A stretch of 64,000 nt of DNA, from assembly GCA_045628525.1 (NCBI GenBank), contig JAZQPJ010000056.1, forward strand, positions 615 to 64,614. The letters run 5' to 3'. Every line of letters begins with the position of its first letter. The stretch's first letter is position 1. The notes under the pieces are model-generated. The model ran no database searches. It had not been told where the DNA came from and saw only the letters and a list, made by a program, of their open reading frames with translations. This document shows, one piece after another, positions 29,770-40,541 of this stretch. The translations under genes and the position numbers were made by a program. Source of the DNA: Bacteroidales bacterium. GTDB lineage: Bacteria > Bacteroidota > Bacteroidia > Bacteroidales > UBA3663.

Positions 29770-32285
29770 CTATACCCCTTCAGCACCTCGGCATCGTACT
29801 GGATGAGGCGCGTACTGTAAAGTCGCGGGAAGAATGTGTTGCCGACCGACTGGAAACGAATGCGGACAGACTTCTTGCCCTTGAGGTAAGCAGAGCTGAA
29901 GACGATAGGCATATCGCAGATCTTGTCCTTGCCCGATCCCTTGGCATTGTTGGGAATGGTGAGCTTGCTCACATTCTTGCCATCGATGGAGATGACACCG
30001 CCACGGGCACGATCAGAGACGGAGAGGTGAAGGACAAGGACAGCACTATCGCCCTGTACAGCCTGACCAGAGAGGTCGAAGGCGTATTCGAACCACTGCC
30101 CTGGTTGACAGTCACGGAACGACTGCTCGTTGAGCAAGCCGCTTGTCACGGTGGCACTGGTCTTCATGTCGTGCGCCTTCTCGCTGTCGGCCTCACCCAC
30201 CTCAACGAGGTCGAAGGTGATGTTCTGCAACGTATTATTGCGCAACTCGCGCAGATAGAGCGGATTCTTGAGCCACGCGGTCTCGTTCTGCTGATTCCAG
30301 TAGATGGTGTAGCGGCCATGCTGCGTGTCGAAGAACGGACGCATCTCGACCTGGTTATATGCAGAACCCTTGGCCGAGGCATCGACGTTGAACACGAGGT
30401 GCGACGACTCCTTGACGCTGATGCGACCTGGCACCTGTCCGCGCTCGGCAATAATCATAGGAGCCAGGGCGAGGCTCTGTGTGCGCTGGTTGGCGGCATT
30501 GGAGTGATCACGCTTGCCCTCGCCAGCATATTCGTTGAGGAACGGCTCGGCCTGCGTGCTGCGCTCGGTAACGCCGGCCAGCACGGTCGGACCATACTTG
30601 AGCGCTATGTAGGTAGGCACCTTGGGGCACTCCTGGAACGAGAGCGACATGGGGTAAGAGACCTCGATGACGTCGCCAGCCTTCCAGCCCTTACCGCACG
30701 ATACATAATAGGAACGCGCATCCGCACGCTGCGCCTCGAACTTCTTGGGCACCTTGCCATTGACCAGCACGGAGAACTGTCCGTTGGTCCACTCAGGGCG
30801 ACGCACGGCAATGACGTAGTTACCCGGCTTGGTGACGGTGATCTTGGAGGTCTGGCCGTATGGGAACTGTGTCTCCTGACGCACGGCCACCTTGGCATTG
30901 TTGAGTTCGCTGGCGATGAAGAGGTTGACGAAGAGTGTGTCCTTGTCGTAGGTGTAGATGAAGTCACCATACTTGGACTGGCTCTCCATGCCGGTGCCTA
31001 CACAGCACCACATGGCCTCGTTGACCTTGGAATAGATGCGGTAGCTGTTAGGACGCGTGGCGGTGTAGAACACATAGCCGCCGGTGACGGGGTCCTGATT
31101 GCTGAGTATATGGTTGAGCAGCGCACGCTCGTAGAAGTCGGCATAGCCGGCACGATGGTAGAGGTCGAAGAGCTGCTCGCTGAGCTTGAGCATATTGTAG
31201 GTGGTGCAGGCATCAGGACCATCGGCCTCGCTGATGTAGCGACTCGACTTGTTGACTGGCTGGAAGTAGTTGGCCACACCGGCGGCACCGATGGCGGTGG
31301 TGCGGGTGACGGCTTCGTTCCAGAACATGCGTGCAGCCTTCTCATAGCGCTCTTCGGGCTTGACGCCATTGACACGGGCAAAGCCCACGAACTTGGCGGT
31401 GGCTTCGTTGGCATTCTTCTGGTCGAGGAAGTCGTGGCGGTCGTCACGAATCATGTTCTCGATCATGATCTGGTGCGAGAACTTCTGTGCAGCCTTGTAG
31501 TATTTGTTGTCGCCGAAGATGAGGAATGCATCGGCCAGCACCTCGTTGATGGCACCTGGTTCCCACTGCAGGATCTGCATCTCCATGACATCCTCCTTGA
31601 AGTTCTTGACCACATCGATGACCCAGTCGCACATGCTGTGGAACGCCTCCTTGGCCTTCTCATTGCCGCCATAGATGTAGGCATCGCGCAGACCGGCCAT
31701 CACCTTGTGCTCGCAGTAGAAAGGCACCCACACGCCACGCTGGTTGTAGATACGGTAGTCACCTGAATAGAGGGTACGCCAGATCTCGTTGTCGGGCAGG
31801 CCGCCGATGAATCCCTTCATGCCCTTCTTGTCGGCGCTGTATGCGTTCTGGCAATCGACCATGACACCGACCATGTAGTCCATGCGCTCCTTGAGTTTGG
31901 CTTGCATGGCGACATCGTGGCACGAGCTGTAGCTGATGGCCAGGGCCGACAGATAATGACCGGTGAGGTGACCATCCATGGCAAGGGTGGGATTCCAGGC
32001 CCAGTTCTCGAAGGCAGGATGCTTCTGCTCCCAGCCAGCGTATCTGCCTGTGGTAAGTCCGGCCTGACGGATGAAGGGGGTGAGCAGTCGGTCCACATCG
32101 TACTGCAACAGGGTCTTGTAGTTAAGGTCCTGTGCACGTTTGAAGGGGCTATCGAGCAGTGTAACCTCGCTCAGATCAAAGTGCGAAGGATACAGGACAT
32201 GCTGAGCCCGGACTTGCGATGTCCAGAACCCGATAATCGCCAAAGACGCAACTGCCAAGAATTTCAAGATCTTATTCATGTCCAT
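29766..32285 (-). CDS. GH127/GH146 beta-L-arabinofuranosidase-like glycoside hydrolase
   Basis: GHLTGHYLSALA, CTTYNMLKLS, YERALLNHIL and WCCVGTGMES motifs. Confidence 0.88.
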   Translation of the reverse strand: MDMNKILKFLAVASLAIIGFWTSQVRAQHVLYPSHFDLSEVTLLDSPFKRAQDLNYKTLLQYDVDRLLTPFIRQAGLTTGRYAGWEQKHPAFENWAWNPTLAMDGHLTGHYLSALAISYSSCHDVAMQAKLKERMDYMVGVMVDCQNAYSADKKGMKGFIGGLPDNEIWRTLYSGDYRIYNQRGVWVPFYCEHKVMAGLRDAYIYGGNEKAKEAFHSMCDWVIDVVKNFKEDVMEMQILQWEPGAINEVLADAFLIFGDNKYYKAAQKFSHQIMIENMIRDDRHDFLDQKNANEATAKFVGFARVNGVKPEERYEKAARMFWNEAVTRTTAIGAAGVANYFQPVNKSSRYISEADGPDACTTYNMLKLSEQLFDLYHRAGYADFYERALLNHILSNQDPVTGGYVFYTATRPNSYRIYSKVNEAMWCCVGTGMESQSKYGDFIYTYDKDTLFVNLFIASELNNAKVAVRQETQFPYGQTSKITVTKPGNYVIAVRRPEWTNGQFSVLVNGKVPKKFEAQRADARSYYVSCGKGWKAGDVIEVSYPMSLSFQECPKVPTYIALKYGPTVLAGVTERSTQAEPFLNEYAGEGKRDHSNAANQRTQSLALAPMIIAERGQVPGRISVKESSHLVFNVDASAKGSAYNQVEMRPFFDTQHGRYTIYWNQQNETAWLKNPLYLRELRNNTLQNITFDLVEVGEADSEKAHDMKTSATVTSGLLNEQSFRDCQPGQWFEYAFDLSGQAVQGDSAVLVLHLSVSDRARGGVISIDGKNVSKLTIPNNAKGSGKDKICDMPIVFSSAYLKGKKSVRIRFQSVGNTFFPRLYSTRLIQYDAEVLKGYR

Positions 32286-32300
32286 CTCCGTATTTAGGAA

Positions 32301-33533
32301 TTACTTGGATAATACTATACGGAAACCACAGTGCATGACAACGCTCTGCAGGTTTTCGATGTCGAGTGAGCCGCGGGTGTATTCCTGGCGGCTGCTGGAG
32401 CCAAATGCCGAAGCTGACGTCTGGTACCACGAACCGCCACGCAGTATGAGGGTGTCGCCCTTATAGCCGCGGTTTTCGTAGAGGGGCAGATGCCGTGCAT
32501 TGAACGAGGCATTGGCAATGCTGTCACGATAGGTGTAGCGGTAGTAGGTATTCTCGACCCACTCGGCCACGTTGCCTGCCATGTCATAGATGCCGAGCTC
32601 ATTAGGTTCGAGCTCGCCGCCACGGTGCATGCCGAAGTCCTTGCCGCCTATGCCCTGGCTGAAGGCATTGGACGAGCACCAGGCGACATCGGCATAATCA
32701 TCGCCACCCGGATAACGATAGCCGCGTGAGTAGCGACCACCACGGGCAGCACACTCCCATTCGGCCTCAGAGGGCAGGCGGAAGCTGCGGCCCTGGGCAT
32801 CAGGCATGTGGCAGATCTCGTTCAGGCGACGGCAGAACTCCAGCGCATCGGCATACCAGACGTTGTAGGCAGGATAGTCATCGCCACGACCCACGACGGC
32901 ATACCACGCGCTGTCACGACGCTCGTTGGCCGTGACCTCGATGCAACGGCGACCCGTGGGCCACTGGCCCATCACGGCCATCCACTGGGCCTGGGTGACC
33001 TCGTACTTGCCTATGTAGTAATCGTCGGGGATGCACATCTCGGTGACAGGACCCACCCAGAGGTTGCCATTGTCCATGCCCGTGGTCTTGGGCATCTTAT
33101 AGACCTGGGTGAAGAAGATGGTGTCAGTCATCACCTGGTCATCCACAGTGTGACGATAGGTACGCTTGTCGAGCAGATGTACGTAATCGACAAAAGGGTT
33201 GTTGGGCGTATAGGTGAAGACACCGCTGGCATTGTGCGAACCGGTGAGCTTGAGCGAATCCTGATTGGCACCGTATGCTGACAGGTAGTTGGGGCGACTC
33301 GTGTTGCGCGACTGGGCACCCATGTGGAACTGGCAGGCCTCGACTTTCACCATATTGTCGAGCAGCGAGGCGATGGCATCGTGCTGCTGCTGCGAGAGTC
33401 CCTGGTTGAGGGTGACCTGTCCGATCGAGAAGTTCTCTGCCTCATACAGGAGCGACGGATCGTCTGCATCGCAGGCGGTCATCACAAGGGTCAAGGCAGC
33501 AGCTGTAGCTATATTTGCAAATATCTTATTCAT
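32301..33533 (-). CDS. FGE-sulfatase (SUMF1) domain lipoprotein
   Basis: Lipobox MTAC; YEVTQAQW, RLPSEAEWE, PNELGIYDMAGNVAEW, RGGSW and GFR motifs. Confidence 0.9.
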   Translation of the reverse strand: MNKIFANIATAAALTLVMTACDADDPSLLYEAENFSIGQVTLNQGLSQQQHDAIASLLDNMVKVEACQFHMGAQSRNTSRPNYLSAYGANQDSLKLTGSHNASGVFTYTPNNPFVDYVHLLDKRTYRHTVDDQVMTDTIFFTQVYKMPKTTGMDNGNLWVGPVTEMCIPDDYYIGKYEVTQAQWMAVMGQWPTGRRCIEVTANERRDSAWYAVVGRGDDYPAYNVWYADALEFCRRLNEICHMPDAQGRSFRLPSEAEWECAARGGRYSRGYRYPGGDDYADVAWCSSNAFSQGIGGKDFGMHRGGELEPNELGIYDMAGNVAEWVENTYYRYTYRDSIANASFNARHLPLYENRGYKGDTLILRGGSWYQTSASAFGSSSRQEYTRGSLDIENLQSVVMHCGFRIVLSK

Positions 33534-33760
33534 TCTTCTTAACGAGGATGTGCAATTGCCTATGCTGGCGAAAGCACAGATTTCAGGGAGCAAAGTTACA
33601 ACATTTTCCTGAACCAGCAAACTTTTCGTCGTTTTTTATCTTATTTTTGCATAGAATCGGGTATTTTCGGCAAAAAACACATCGTTTCATGACATTTTTT
33701 GGGATGTTTAGTATAACTAATCGGATTATTTTTGTATATTTGCGCAACAAATCTTTTCGT

Positions 33761-36700
33761 ATGAGCAAACAAGACCCCCACAAGCCCCTCAACATCTACC
33801 GTGCCTCGGCCGGTTCGGGCAAGACCCATCTGCTGACCGGTTTCTACATCAAGCTGCTGTTCCTGTCCGAACTGCTGCCCGAAACGCACTCGGGCGAGAT
33901 GCACTTCAACGAGGTGCTGGCCGTGACCTTCACCAACAAGGCCACCGCCGAGATGAAGAGCCGCATCATCGAGGAACTGCACCTGCTGAGCCAGACGCCC
34001 CGCAAGTCGCACTACTGGGACGAGATCAGCCACCAGGGCGAGCGACCGGAGCAGCAGATACGCGATAAGGCGACGGAACTGCTGGTGCAGATACTGAACG
34101 AATATTCATCGTTCAACATCTCGACCATCGACAGTTTCTTCCAGAAGATCGTGCGCAGCTTTGCACGCGAGCTCAATGTGCCGGGCAACTATGAGGTGGA
34201 ACTCGACAGCAAGAGCGTGGTGGAGGCCTCGGTGGCCAGCTTCCTCGACAAGCTGGATCCGCGCCATGACCGCAGCCTCTTCGACTGGATGCTGCGCTTC
34301 TCTGACCAGCGCAGCGAGAAGGGCGAGGGCTGGGACTTCCGCGCCAACCTGCTCGAACTGGCCGACAAGGTGCTGGGAAGCGAGCAATACCGTCGCCACA
34401 GCAAGCAGATCAAGGACTTCACCAGCGACAAGCAGCAGCTGGAACAGTACGAAAAGATGTTGCGCAACATCGTCAGCGACTGGCGCAGACAGCTGGTCAG
34501 CATCGGCGAGCAGGGGCAGGAACTGCTGACCCGGTACGCCATCGACAAGAAGGAGCTAAGCAATGGAGGATCAGGCACTACATCCGTTTTCCCCACATGG
34601 GCCAAAGGCATTGAGAAGAACCCCTCAGAGGGCACCTGGTTCAACAAGATCCTGGAGAGTCCTGACAAGCTCTTCAAGCCCGAGTCCGGACGCGTAGGCT
34701 CCGAGCTGCAGCACCAGCTTGTGGGGCTGATGCAGGCAGGTATGGAGCTCTTCCAGGGCGACACCTACACGAACTACGTCACCGCCACCTTCATCCAGCA
34801 GGACTTCTACGAACTGGGCATCATCGCCAATATCGACGAGGAGCTGCGCACCTACTGCAACGACCACAACAAGATGCTGCTCAGCTCCGTCACCGAGCTG
34901 CTGGCCAAGCTCATCGGCCCTTACGATGCCCCGTTCGTGTACGAGAAGACAGGTTCGCACCTGAAGTCGTACATGATTGACGAATTCCAGGACACCTCGG
35001 GCCTGCAGTGGCACAACTTCATGCCGCTGGTGAGCAACGCCCTGAGTCAGGGCTACCAGAACCTCATCGTGGGCGACGTCAAGCAGAGCATCTACCGCTG
35101 GCGTGGCAGCGACTGGGGACTGCTCGACTCCGAAATCAGTCATTACGAGCCGCAGCGCCACAACGACAACGACGAGGAACTGCGCACCAACTGGCGATCG
35201 CTTCCTGCCATCGTGGAGTGGAACAACCGCTTCTTCACCGCCATTGCCCGGCAGCTCGACGCAATGGCCGGCACACAGCAGATACAGCGCATATATAAAG
35301 ATGTGTGCCAGGCCCTTCCTGCAGACAAGACCCGGCAGGGCGCTCCCACCGGCATGGTGAGCGTACAGCACCTGATTCCGCTGGGCGAGGATGGCGAGCC
35401 CCTGGCATCGCCCACCAAGGATGACCTGGTGCGCGAGGCACGCCGGCAGCTGCCCCTGCAAGTGATCCGACTGCAGCAGCAGGGGTTCGAGCCGAGCGAC
35501 ATCGCCATCCTGTGCCGACGCAAGGAGGAGTGCCGCCAGATGGCCGAGGCTTTGCTGCAATACCGCCAGGAGCATCCCGAGTGCCCCTACCCCATGGACA
35601 TCATCTCCGACGAGGCCCTGCAGCTGGGTGCCCGCCCTGTGATACAGACGCTCATCAGCATGATGCAGCTGCTGCAATGCCCCGAGTCGGAGCTGCAGCA
35701 GGCCATCACCTGGAGCAACTACCTGCAACTGGAGGGCCTCAGCACCGATCAGGCACTGCAGCGCTACTTCCAGCTCACCCCCGAGCAGCGCACCCTGCTG
35801 CCACAGATGGCCTTCCGTCCGCTCTACGAACTCACCGAGCTGCTGATCGACCGCCTGCCCCAGAGCGTCGTGCACGAGGAGGCAGCCTTCCTGCAGGCCT
35901 TCCGCGACGTGGTGCTCGAATACTGCCACTCGCACAATGCCGACCTCAGCGCCTTCCTGGAGTGGTGGGAGCTGTCGGGCTACAAGAAGGCCATCGCCAC
36001 CCCCGACGCCATGAACGCCATCCAGATCATGACCATCCACAAGTTGAAGGGCCTGGGCATGCCTGCCGTCATCATCCCTTACGCCTCGTGGGAGATGGAC
36101 ATCAGCACCACACACGAGCAGATCATCTGGTGCGAACCCACCAGCGGCCCCTTCAAGCGCGACATACTGCTGCCCATCAAGCTCGACAAGCGTCTCACCG
36201 ACACCATCTTCTGTCAGGACTTTGCCGAAGAGCGCCTGCGCTCCATCATCGACAATCTCAACACCGCCTACGTGGCCTTCACCCGCCCCAAGGAGGCCAT
36301 GGTGATCCTGTGTCCCGAGCCGAAGGAGAAGGGCACCAGCATGCTCGAATACCTGCTCACCGACTACTGCACCCATCTGCCCGACAGCGGAGAATACTGC
36401 ATCTCCGGCGAACTCTCCATCCCGCTGAGCGTGGCGCCACACCAATTTGAGATTGGTGAATCAGGAATTAGGAACGAGGATTTAGGAATATATAATGTAC
36501 CCCCCGCCACCGACCCGCAGCACAAACTTGACTCCTCACTCCTAATTCCTCAATCCTCATTCAGCGAAGCGCCTGATTCCTCATTCCTCAACCCTAACTC
36601 CTCATTGGAAGGGGCAGGCGCAGGAAATGCTCCGCAGCCCCTGCCTGCCCTCTCCATCATGCACAGCCCCCTGCAGCAGGACAGCGAGGCACGTCGCCGT

Positions 36701-37120
36701 GGCAACTGCATCCACCGTGCCCTGCAGGAGATCCGCTATGCCCACGAAGCCACCCAGCGTGTGCACGAGCTGTTCGGCAAGGGCATCATCGACGCGCGCA
36801 TCATCACCGAAGCCGAGATGCTGCAAGCCATTCACCGCCTGCTCGCCATCCCCGAGGTAGCCGCATGGTTCGACGACTCGCTGCAGGTGCTCAACGAGCA
36901 GACGCTGATGAACCGCCAAGGCCAGCAGATCCGCCCCGACCGCATCATCCTCGATGCCCAGGGCCAAGCCATCGTCATCGACTACAAGACCGGCTCCGAC
37001 CACCGCGGCTACCGCAAACAGGTGCACGACTACATGCGTGCTCTCCGCGACCTCGGCTTCCGCCGCGTCAGGGGCTACCTGTTCTTCCTCAAGGATGAGA
37101 AGATTGTAGAAGTCCGATAA
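33761..37120 (+). CDS. AddA/RecB-like UvrD helicase with a C-terminal PD-(D/E)xK nuclease
   Basis: ASAGSGKT, TFTNKAT, DEFQDTS, VGDVKQSIYRWR, YVAFTR and RPDR...IDYKTG motifs; start at MSKQD, after a TATATTTG promoter. Confidence 0.93.
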   Translation: MSKQDPHKPLNIYRASAGSGKTHLLTGFYIKLLFLSELLPETHSGEMHFNEVLAVTFTNKATAEMKSRIIEELHLLSQTPRKSHYWDEISHQGERPEQQIRDKATELLVQILNEYSSFNISTIDSFFQKIVRSFARELNVPGNYEVELDSKSVVEASVASFLDKLDPRHDRSLFDWMLRFSDQRSEKGEGWDFRANLLELADKVLGSEQYRRHSKQIKDFTSDKQQLEQYEKMLRNIVSDWRRQLVSIGEQGQELLTRYAIDKKELSNGGSGTTSVFPTWAKGIEKNPSEGTWFNKILESPDKLFKPESGRVGSELQHQLVGLMQAGMELFQGDTYTNYVTATFIQQDFYELGIIANIDEELRTYCNDHNKMLLSSVTELLAKLIGPYDAPFVYEKTGSHLKSYMIDEFQDTSGLQWHNFMPLVSNALSQGYQNLIVGDVKQSIYRWRGSDWGLLDSEISHYEPQRHNDNDEELRTNWRSLPAIVEWNNRFFTAIARQLDAMAGTQQIQRIYKDVCQALPADKTRQGAPTGMVSVQHLIPLGEDGEPLASPTKDDLVREARRQLPLQVIRLQQQGFEPSDIAILCRRKEECRQMAEALLQYRQEHPECPYPMDIISDEALQLGARPVIQTLISMMQLLQCPESELQQAITWSNYLQLEGLSTDQALQRYFQLTPEQRTLLPQMAFRPLYELTELLIDRLPQSVVHEEAAFLQAFRDVVLEYCHSHNADLSAFLEWWELSGYKKAIATPDAMNAIQIMTIHKLKGLGMPAVIIPYASWEMDISTTHEQIIWCEPTSGPFKRDILLPIKLDKRLTDTIFCQDFAEERLRSIIDNLNTAYVAFTRPKEAMVILCPEPKEKGTSMLEYLLTDYCTHLPDSGEYCISGELSIPLSVAPHQFEIGESGIRNEDLGIYNVPPATDPQHKLDSSLLIPQSSFSEAPDSSFLNPNSSLEGAGAGNAPQPLPALSIMHSPLQQDSEARRRGNCIHRALQEIRYAHEATQRVHELFGKGIIDARIITEAEMLQAIHRLLAIPEVAAWFDDSLQVLNEQTLMNRQGQQIRPDRIILDAQGQAIVIDYKTGSDHRGYRKQVHDYMRALRDLGFRRVRGYLFFLKDEKIVEVR

Positions 37121-37202
37121 CCATCAATAGCAACAATCAATACATCAAGCGAAATAGAATTCCTTAGAATGACTATAACCTCATAATAACTATAACCTCC
37201 AA

Positions 37203-37406
37203 AGCTCTCGGACGGTCCGACCTGATGCTAGGTCGGACCGTCCGAGAGCTCTTTTAGTCCGACTCAGCACCAGGTCGGACTGTCCGACACCTCCGTTAGT
37301 CCGACTCAGCACCAGGTCGGACTGTCCGACACCTCTGTTAGTCCGACTCAGCACCAGGTCGGACCGTCCGACACCTCCGTTAGTCCGACTCAGCACCAGG
37401 TCGGAC
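37203..37406. repeat. Intergenic array of five 42-bp palindromic units
   Basis: GTCCGAC-N10-GTCGGAC starts at 37215, 37257, 37299, 37341 and 37383. The first unit extends to a perfect 21-bp inverted repeat (37203-37223 and 37230-37250). Confidence 0.95.
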
Positions 37407-37675
37407 TTTTGTTGATGCACATTTTTGACACAATGTACGAAGTGTCAAAATCCGAGACACACAGAACATGAATCTCTGCAGTAAACCAACTTTTGCACAC
37501 TTGCAGAGATGCGAACGCGTACACGCTGGCATCTCTGCGCACCAGCAACGCAAAACCCTGGCCACGGAGGTGGTCAGGGTTGACTTTTTGGCATTCAGCG
37601 CAGCACTTGGCTGCGGAGAAGCTGTATGTACTGACGGCACTCGATCAGGAGTGCTCGTCGGAATCAGTTCACTGA

Positions 37676-39355
37676 TTACAGAGCGTTGATAACCGAAGCG
37701 AACTTGGCGAACTCGAGGTCGGTAGCAGCCTTAGCCTTGAGAGCAGAGTTCATAGAGATAGCCTTCTGGAGGTTGCTCTGAACGTCAGCGCTGTTGTTGG
37801 TGCGGGCAGCAACGATAGCCTGGAGGTAGTAGGTCATGGCGTCCTTGTTGGCAACGGCCTGGAGGGTAGCCTTGGCAGCGCTGTAGTTCTGAGCACAGAT
37901 CTGTGCTACGGCAGCGTTGTTGCTCTTCACATCGCCGAAGCTCTGGATAGCCTGAGCATACTGGCCCTTGTTGGTGAGGAGGGTACCCATAGCCTCGCCG
38001 TACTCAGCGCACTGGCCAGCCTTGCCGAGGTAAGTCTGGGCAGCCTGCCAGTCGGCAGCGTTCATGGCTACGAGGCCGAGGTTCATGTTGGCCTGAGCAT
38101 TGTTGGCGTCCTTGCCGAGGATGTTCTTCCAGATCTGCTCAGCCTCAGCGATCTTGCCCTGTGCGAAGTAGAGACCAGCGAGGTCGTTGGCAGCACGGTA
38201 GTCAGAAGAGAACTTGCCCTGGGTGTACTTATAGATGGCCTCCTTGTCGGCAGCTGGCTTGCTGGCGAGGTAGAGGAGCTCCTCGAGGGTGAGGGCATCC
38301 TTGTCGCTCTTCCAGAGGTCGGCGATCTCCTCGTCGGTGTGACCGATGTTGCGCACGGTAGCGGTCACCTTAGAGTAACGGAGCTGTGGCAGGATCTCGT
38401 CCTCGAGCTCCTTGTAGGCAGCTGAGAGGTTGCGGATCTCCTGCTCGCGCTGAGCTGGGTCGCTGATGCGGCTGAGCACATTGAGCACGAGCTGCTTGTC
38501 CTGGATTGAAGAAGCCTCGACGAGGGCCTTGAAGCCGTCCCAGTCCTCAGCAATCTGCTCTGGGGTGATCTGGCCCTGCATCTTAGCCTTCTTGAGGAAC
38601 TTGTTGAGGTAGGCAGCTGATGACTTCTCACGACCAGCAGCGAGCTGCTCGTTGAGGCTGTACTTACCCTCAGGCGATGCGGTGCTGAGCATGTCGATGC
38701 CAGCGAGCTCGCGACGCTCCTGATCCTTGGTAGCCACGATAGCATCCTGCAGGTCCTTTACCTCCTGCTTCTTCTCGCTCTCGGTAGCGCGCAGGTTGGT
38801 GCTCTGATACTGATAGATCATGGTGGCGATGTACTTGTCGAAGGTATCCTTTACGAAGTTGTCAGCAGCGTATGCTGGAGTGTTGCTGGCAGCGCTGGCA
38901 AGGCTCTCAGTGGCGATAACGCCATCAGCTACATATACGCTTGGAAGAACGATCTCCTTGCCCTTAACGTCAGCGAGGAAGTCGAGGCGGAGCTTAGAAG
39001 CAGCCATCTCGTCCTGATAGAGGAAAGAGGCGCGGAATACAGCGGTGCCACCATACTTGTAGTTAACCTCCTGGTCATTGCCGCTTACCTTCTCGCCCTG
39101 GAAAGTCACAGGGGTGCCCTTGGTCTCACCGGCAGCGTACTCGAGTACTGGGGTGATGGTGAGGGTAGCCTTCTTGTTAAAATACTTCTCAGGATAGGTT
39201 ACGGTGATGGTTGCATTCACCTGACCACCCTGCTCAACGAGAGGATTTGGATTGCAGACGAAGTTGTCGGCAGTCAGTGGATCGAGCTTGCCACATGATG
39301 ATACTACAGCGAGCATCACGGCAGCACAAACGGTCAGAAAGATTTTCTTGATCAT
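37676..39355 (-). CDS. Conserved Bacteroidales TPR-domain lipoprotein
   Basis: Lipobox VSSC; ASPEG...N..LA..R OmpA-like segment; EDWDGF; C-terminal TPRs; strongly biased codon usage. Confidence 0.85.
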   Translation of the reverse strand: MIKKIFLTVCAAVMLAVVSSCGKLDPLTADNFVCNPNPLVEQGGQVNATITVTYPEKYFNKKATLTITPVLEYAAGETKGTPVTFQGEKVSGNDQEVNYKYGGTAVFRASFLYQDEMAASKLRLDFLADVKGKEIVLPSVYVADGVIATESLASAASNTPAYAADNFVKDTFDKYIATMIYQYQSTNLRATESEKKQEVKDLQDAIVATKDQERRELAGIDMLSTASPEGKYSLNEQLAAGREKSSAAYLNKFLKKAKMQGQITPEQIAEDWDGFKALVEASSIQDKQLVLNVLSRISDPAQREQEIRNLSAAYKELEDEILPQLRYSKVTATVRNIGHTDEEIADLWKSDKDALTLEELLYLASKPAADKEAIYKYTQGKFSSDYRAANDLAGLYFAQGKIAEAEQIWKNILGKDANNAQANMNLGLVAMNAADWQAAQTYLGKAGQCAEYGEAMGTLLTNKGQYAQAIQSFGDVKSNNAAVAQICAQNYSAAKATLQAVANKDAMTYYLQAIVAARTNNSADVQSNLQKAISMNSALKAKAATDLEFAKFASVINAL

Positions 39356-39578
39356 GATTGTTTTGGAAAATAAAAAATTGGTTTTGTTTAGTATTTGGGC
39401 GCAAAGATAATAAAAATATTTGAATTTTGCACATTTCGGAGCAAAAAAAGAGCGCGCACGGTGCAATTTTGATGGTTTTGTAATGAGGAATGATTATTTG
39501 TGAAGGGTTTTAAGGGTTTTAAGGGGAGTGAAAGGGGAGTGAAAGAGGAGTGAAAGGGGAGTGAAAGGGACAAAACTC

Positions 39579-40475
39579 TTATCTCACCTTATTTCGGGGA
39601 TGGAAGGTGAGGATTTCCTCGCGGAGCATCTGCTTATCGACCTTGGTGTAGATCTCGGTGGTGGAGATCTGTTCGTGGCCGAGCATCATCTGGATGGCGC
39701 GCAGATTGGCACCTCCTTCGAGCAGATGGGTGGCAAAAGTGTGGCGGAAAGTGTGGGGCGAGACCTCCTTGCGGATGCCGGCCTCCTGGCAGTAGCGCTT
39801 CACGATGTTGAACACCATGATGCGCGACAGGCTGCGCCCCCAGCGGTTGAGGAAGACGTAGTCCTCGTAGCCGCGCTTCACATCGAGCTCGTACTGGAAC
39901 GACTGATACAGCCGGATCTGTTTCAATGCCTCGTCGGAGATGGGCACGATGCGCTCCTTGCGCCCCTTGCCGAGCACCTGGATGAAGCCCTCGTCGGCAA
40001 AGATGTGCGACCAGCGCAGGTTGGTGAGCTCGGACACACGGAGGCCGCAGCTGTAGAGGGTCTCGAGGATGGCACGGTTGCGCTGGCCATCCCACGTGGA
40101 GGGGTCGGGGGCCTCGACTATGCGGTTCACCTCCTCGACGGTGAGCACGGTGGGTATCTGGTCGGGCAGTTTTGGGGCGTCGATGCAGTCGGTGGGATCA
40201 CGCTCGATGACGCCCTCCAGCCGCAGGAACTTGTAGTAGGAACGTATGCCCACCAGGATGCGCTTCTGCGAGGTGGGCGAGATGCCAAGATCGTGCAGGC
40301 TCCAGATGAACGACTCCACCTCCATAGCCTCCATCTCAGTGAGTTCCTTGCCCAGGGCATCGGCATATTTCTGCAATTTGGCGATATCACTCAAGTAAGC
40401 TTGGACGGAATTTTCGGTAAAGTTTCGCTCAAATTTTAAATATGTATAATATTTTGTGAGGTTATTTTTGTCCAT
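39579..40475 (-). CDS. xerD: Tyrosine recombinase XerD
   Basis: LYSCGLRVSEL, GKGRKER, HTFRHTFATHLL and LGHEQISTTEIY motifs; divergent from aroQ in a housekeeping context. Confidence 0.9.
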   Translation of the reverse strand: MDKNNLTKYYTYLKFERNFTENSVQAYLSDIAKLQKYADALGKELTEMEAMEVESFIWSLHDLGISPTSQKRILVGIRSYYKFLRLEGVIERDPTDCIDAPKLPDQIPTVLTVEEVNRIVEAPDPSTWDGQRNRAILETLYSCGLRVSELTNLRWSHIFADEGFIQVLGKGRKERIVPISDEALKQIRLYQSFQYELDVKRGYEDYVFLNRWGRSLSRIMVFNIVKRYCQEAGIRKEVSPHTFRHTFATHLLEGGANLRAIQMMLGHEQISTTEIYTKVDKQMLREEILTFHPRNKVR

Positions 40476-40541
40476 GTCAAAATTTTTTCGTACTTTTGCG
40501 GCGCAAATATAGTGCAAATCGGACAAACAAACAAATAAAAT

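Noticed and set aside
29391-31766. Long antisense ORFs (e.g. 285-1436, 29391-31766, 34625-36445, 41048-42949)
   Set aside because: They are shadows of real high-GC3 genes on the opposite strand and have no recognisable motifs.
32301-32470. FGE-sulfatase C-terminus as a second DGR target
   Set aside because: The fold is compatible, but the 3' codons carry many adenines at scaffold positions, and there is no compositional shift or downstream hairpin.
37203-37406. CRISPR array interpretation of the palindromic repeats (also those at 4885 and 51625)
   Set aside because: The sequences between repeats are near-identical or clearly related rather than unique spacers, and there are no cas genes.
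39579-40475. Tyrosine recombinase as a mobile-element integrase or promoter invertase
   Set aside because: Size, motifs and position next to aroQ fit housekeeping XerD; no att sites or invertible repeats were seen.
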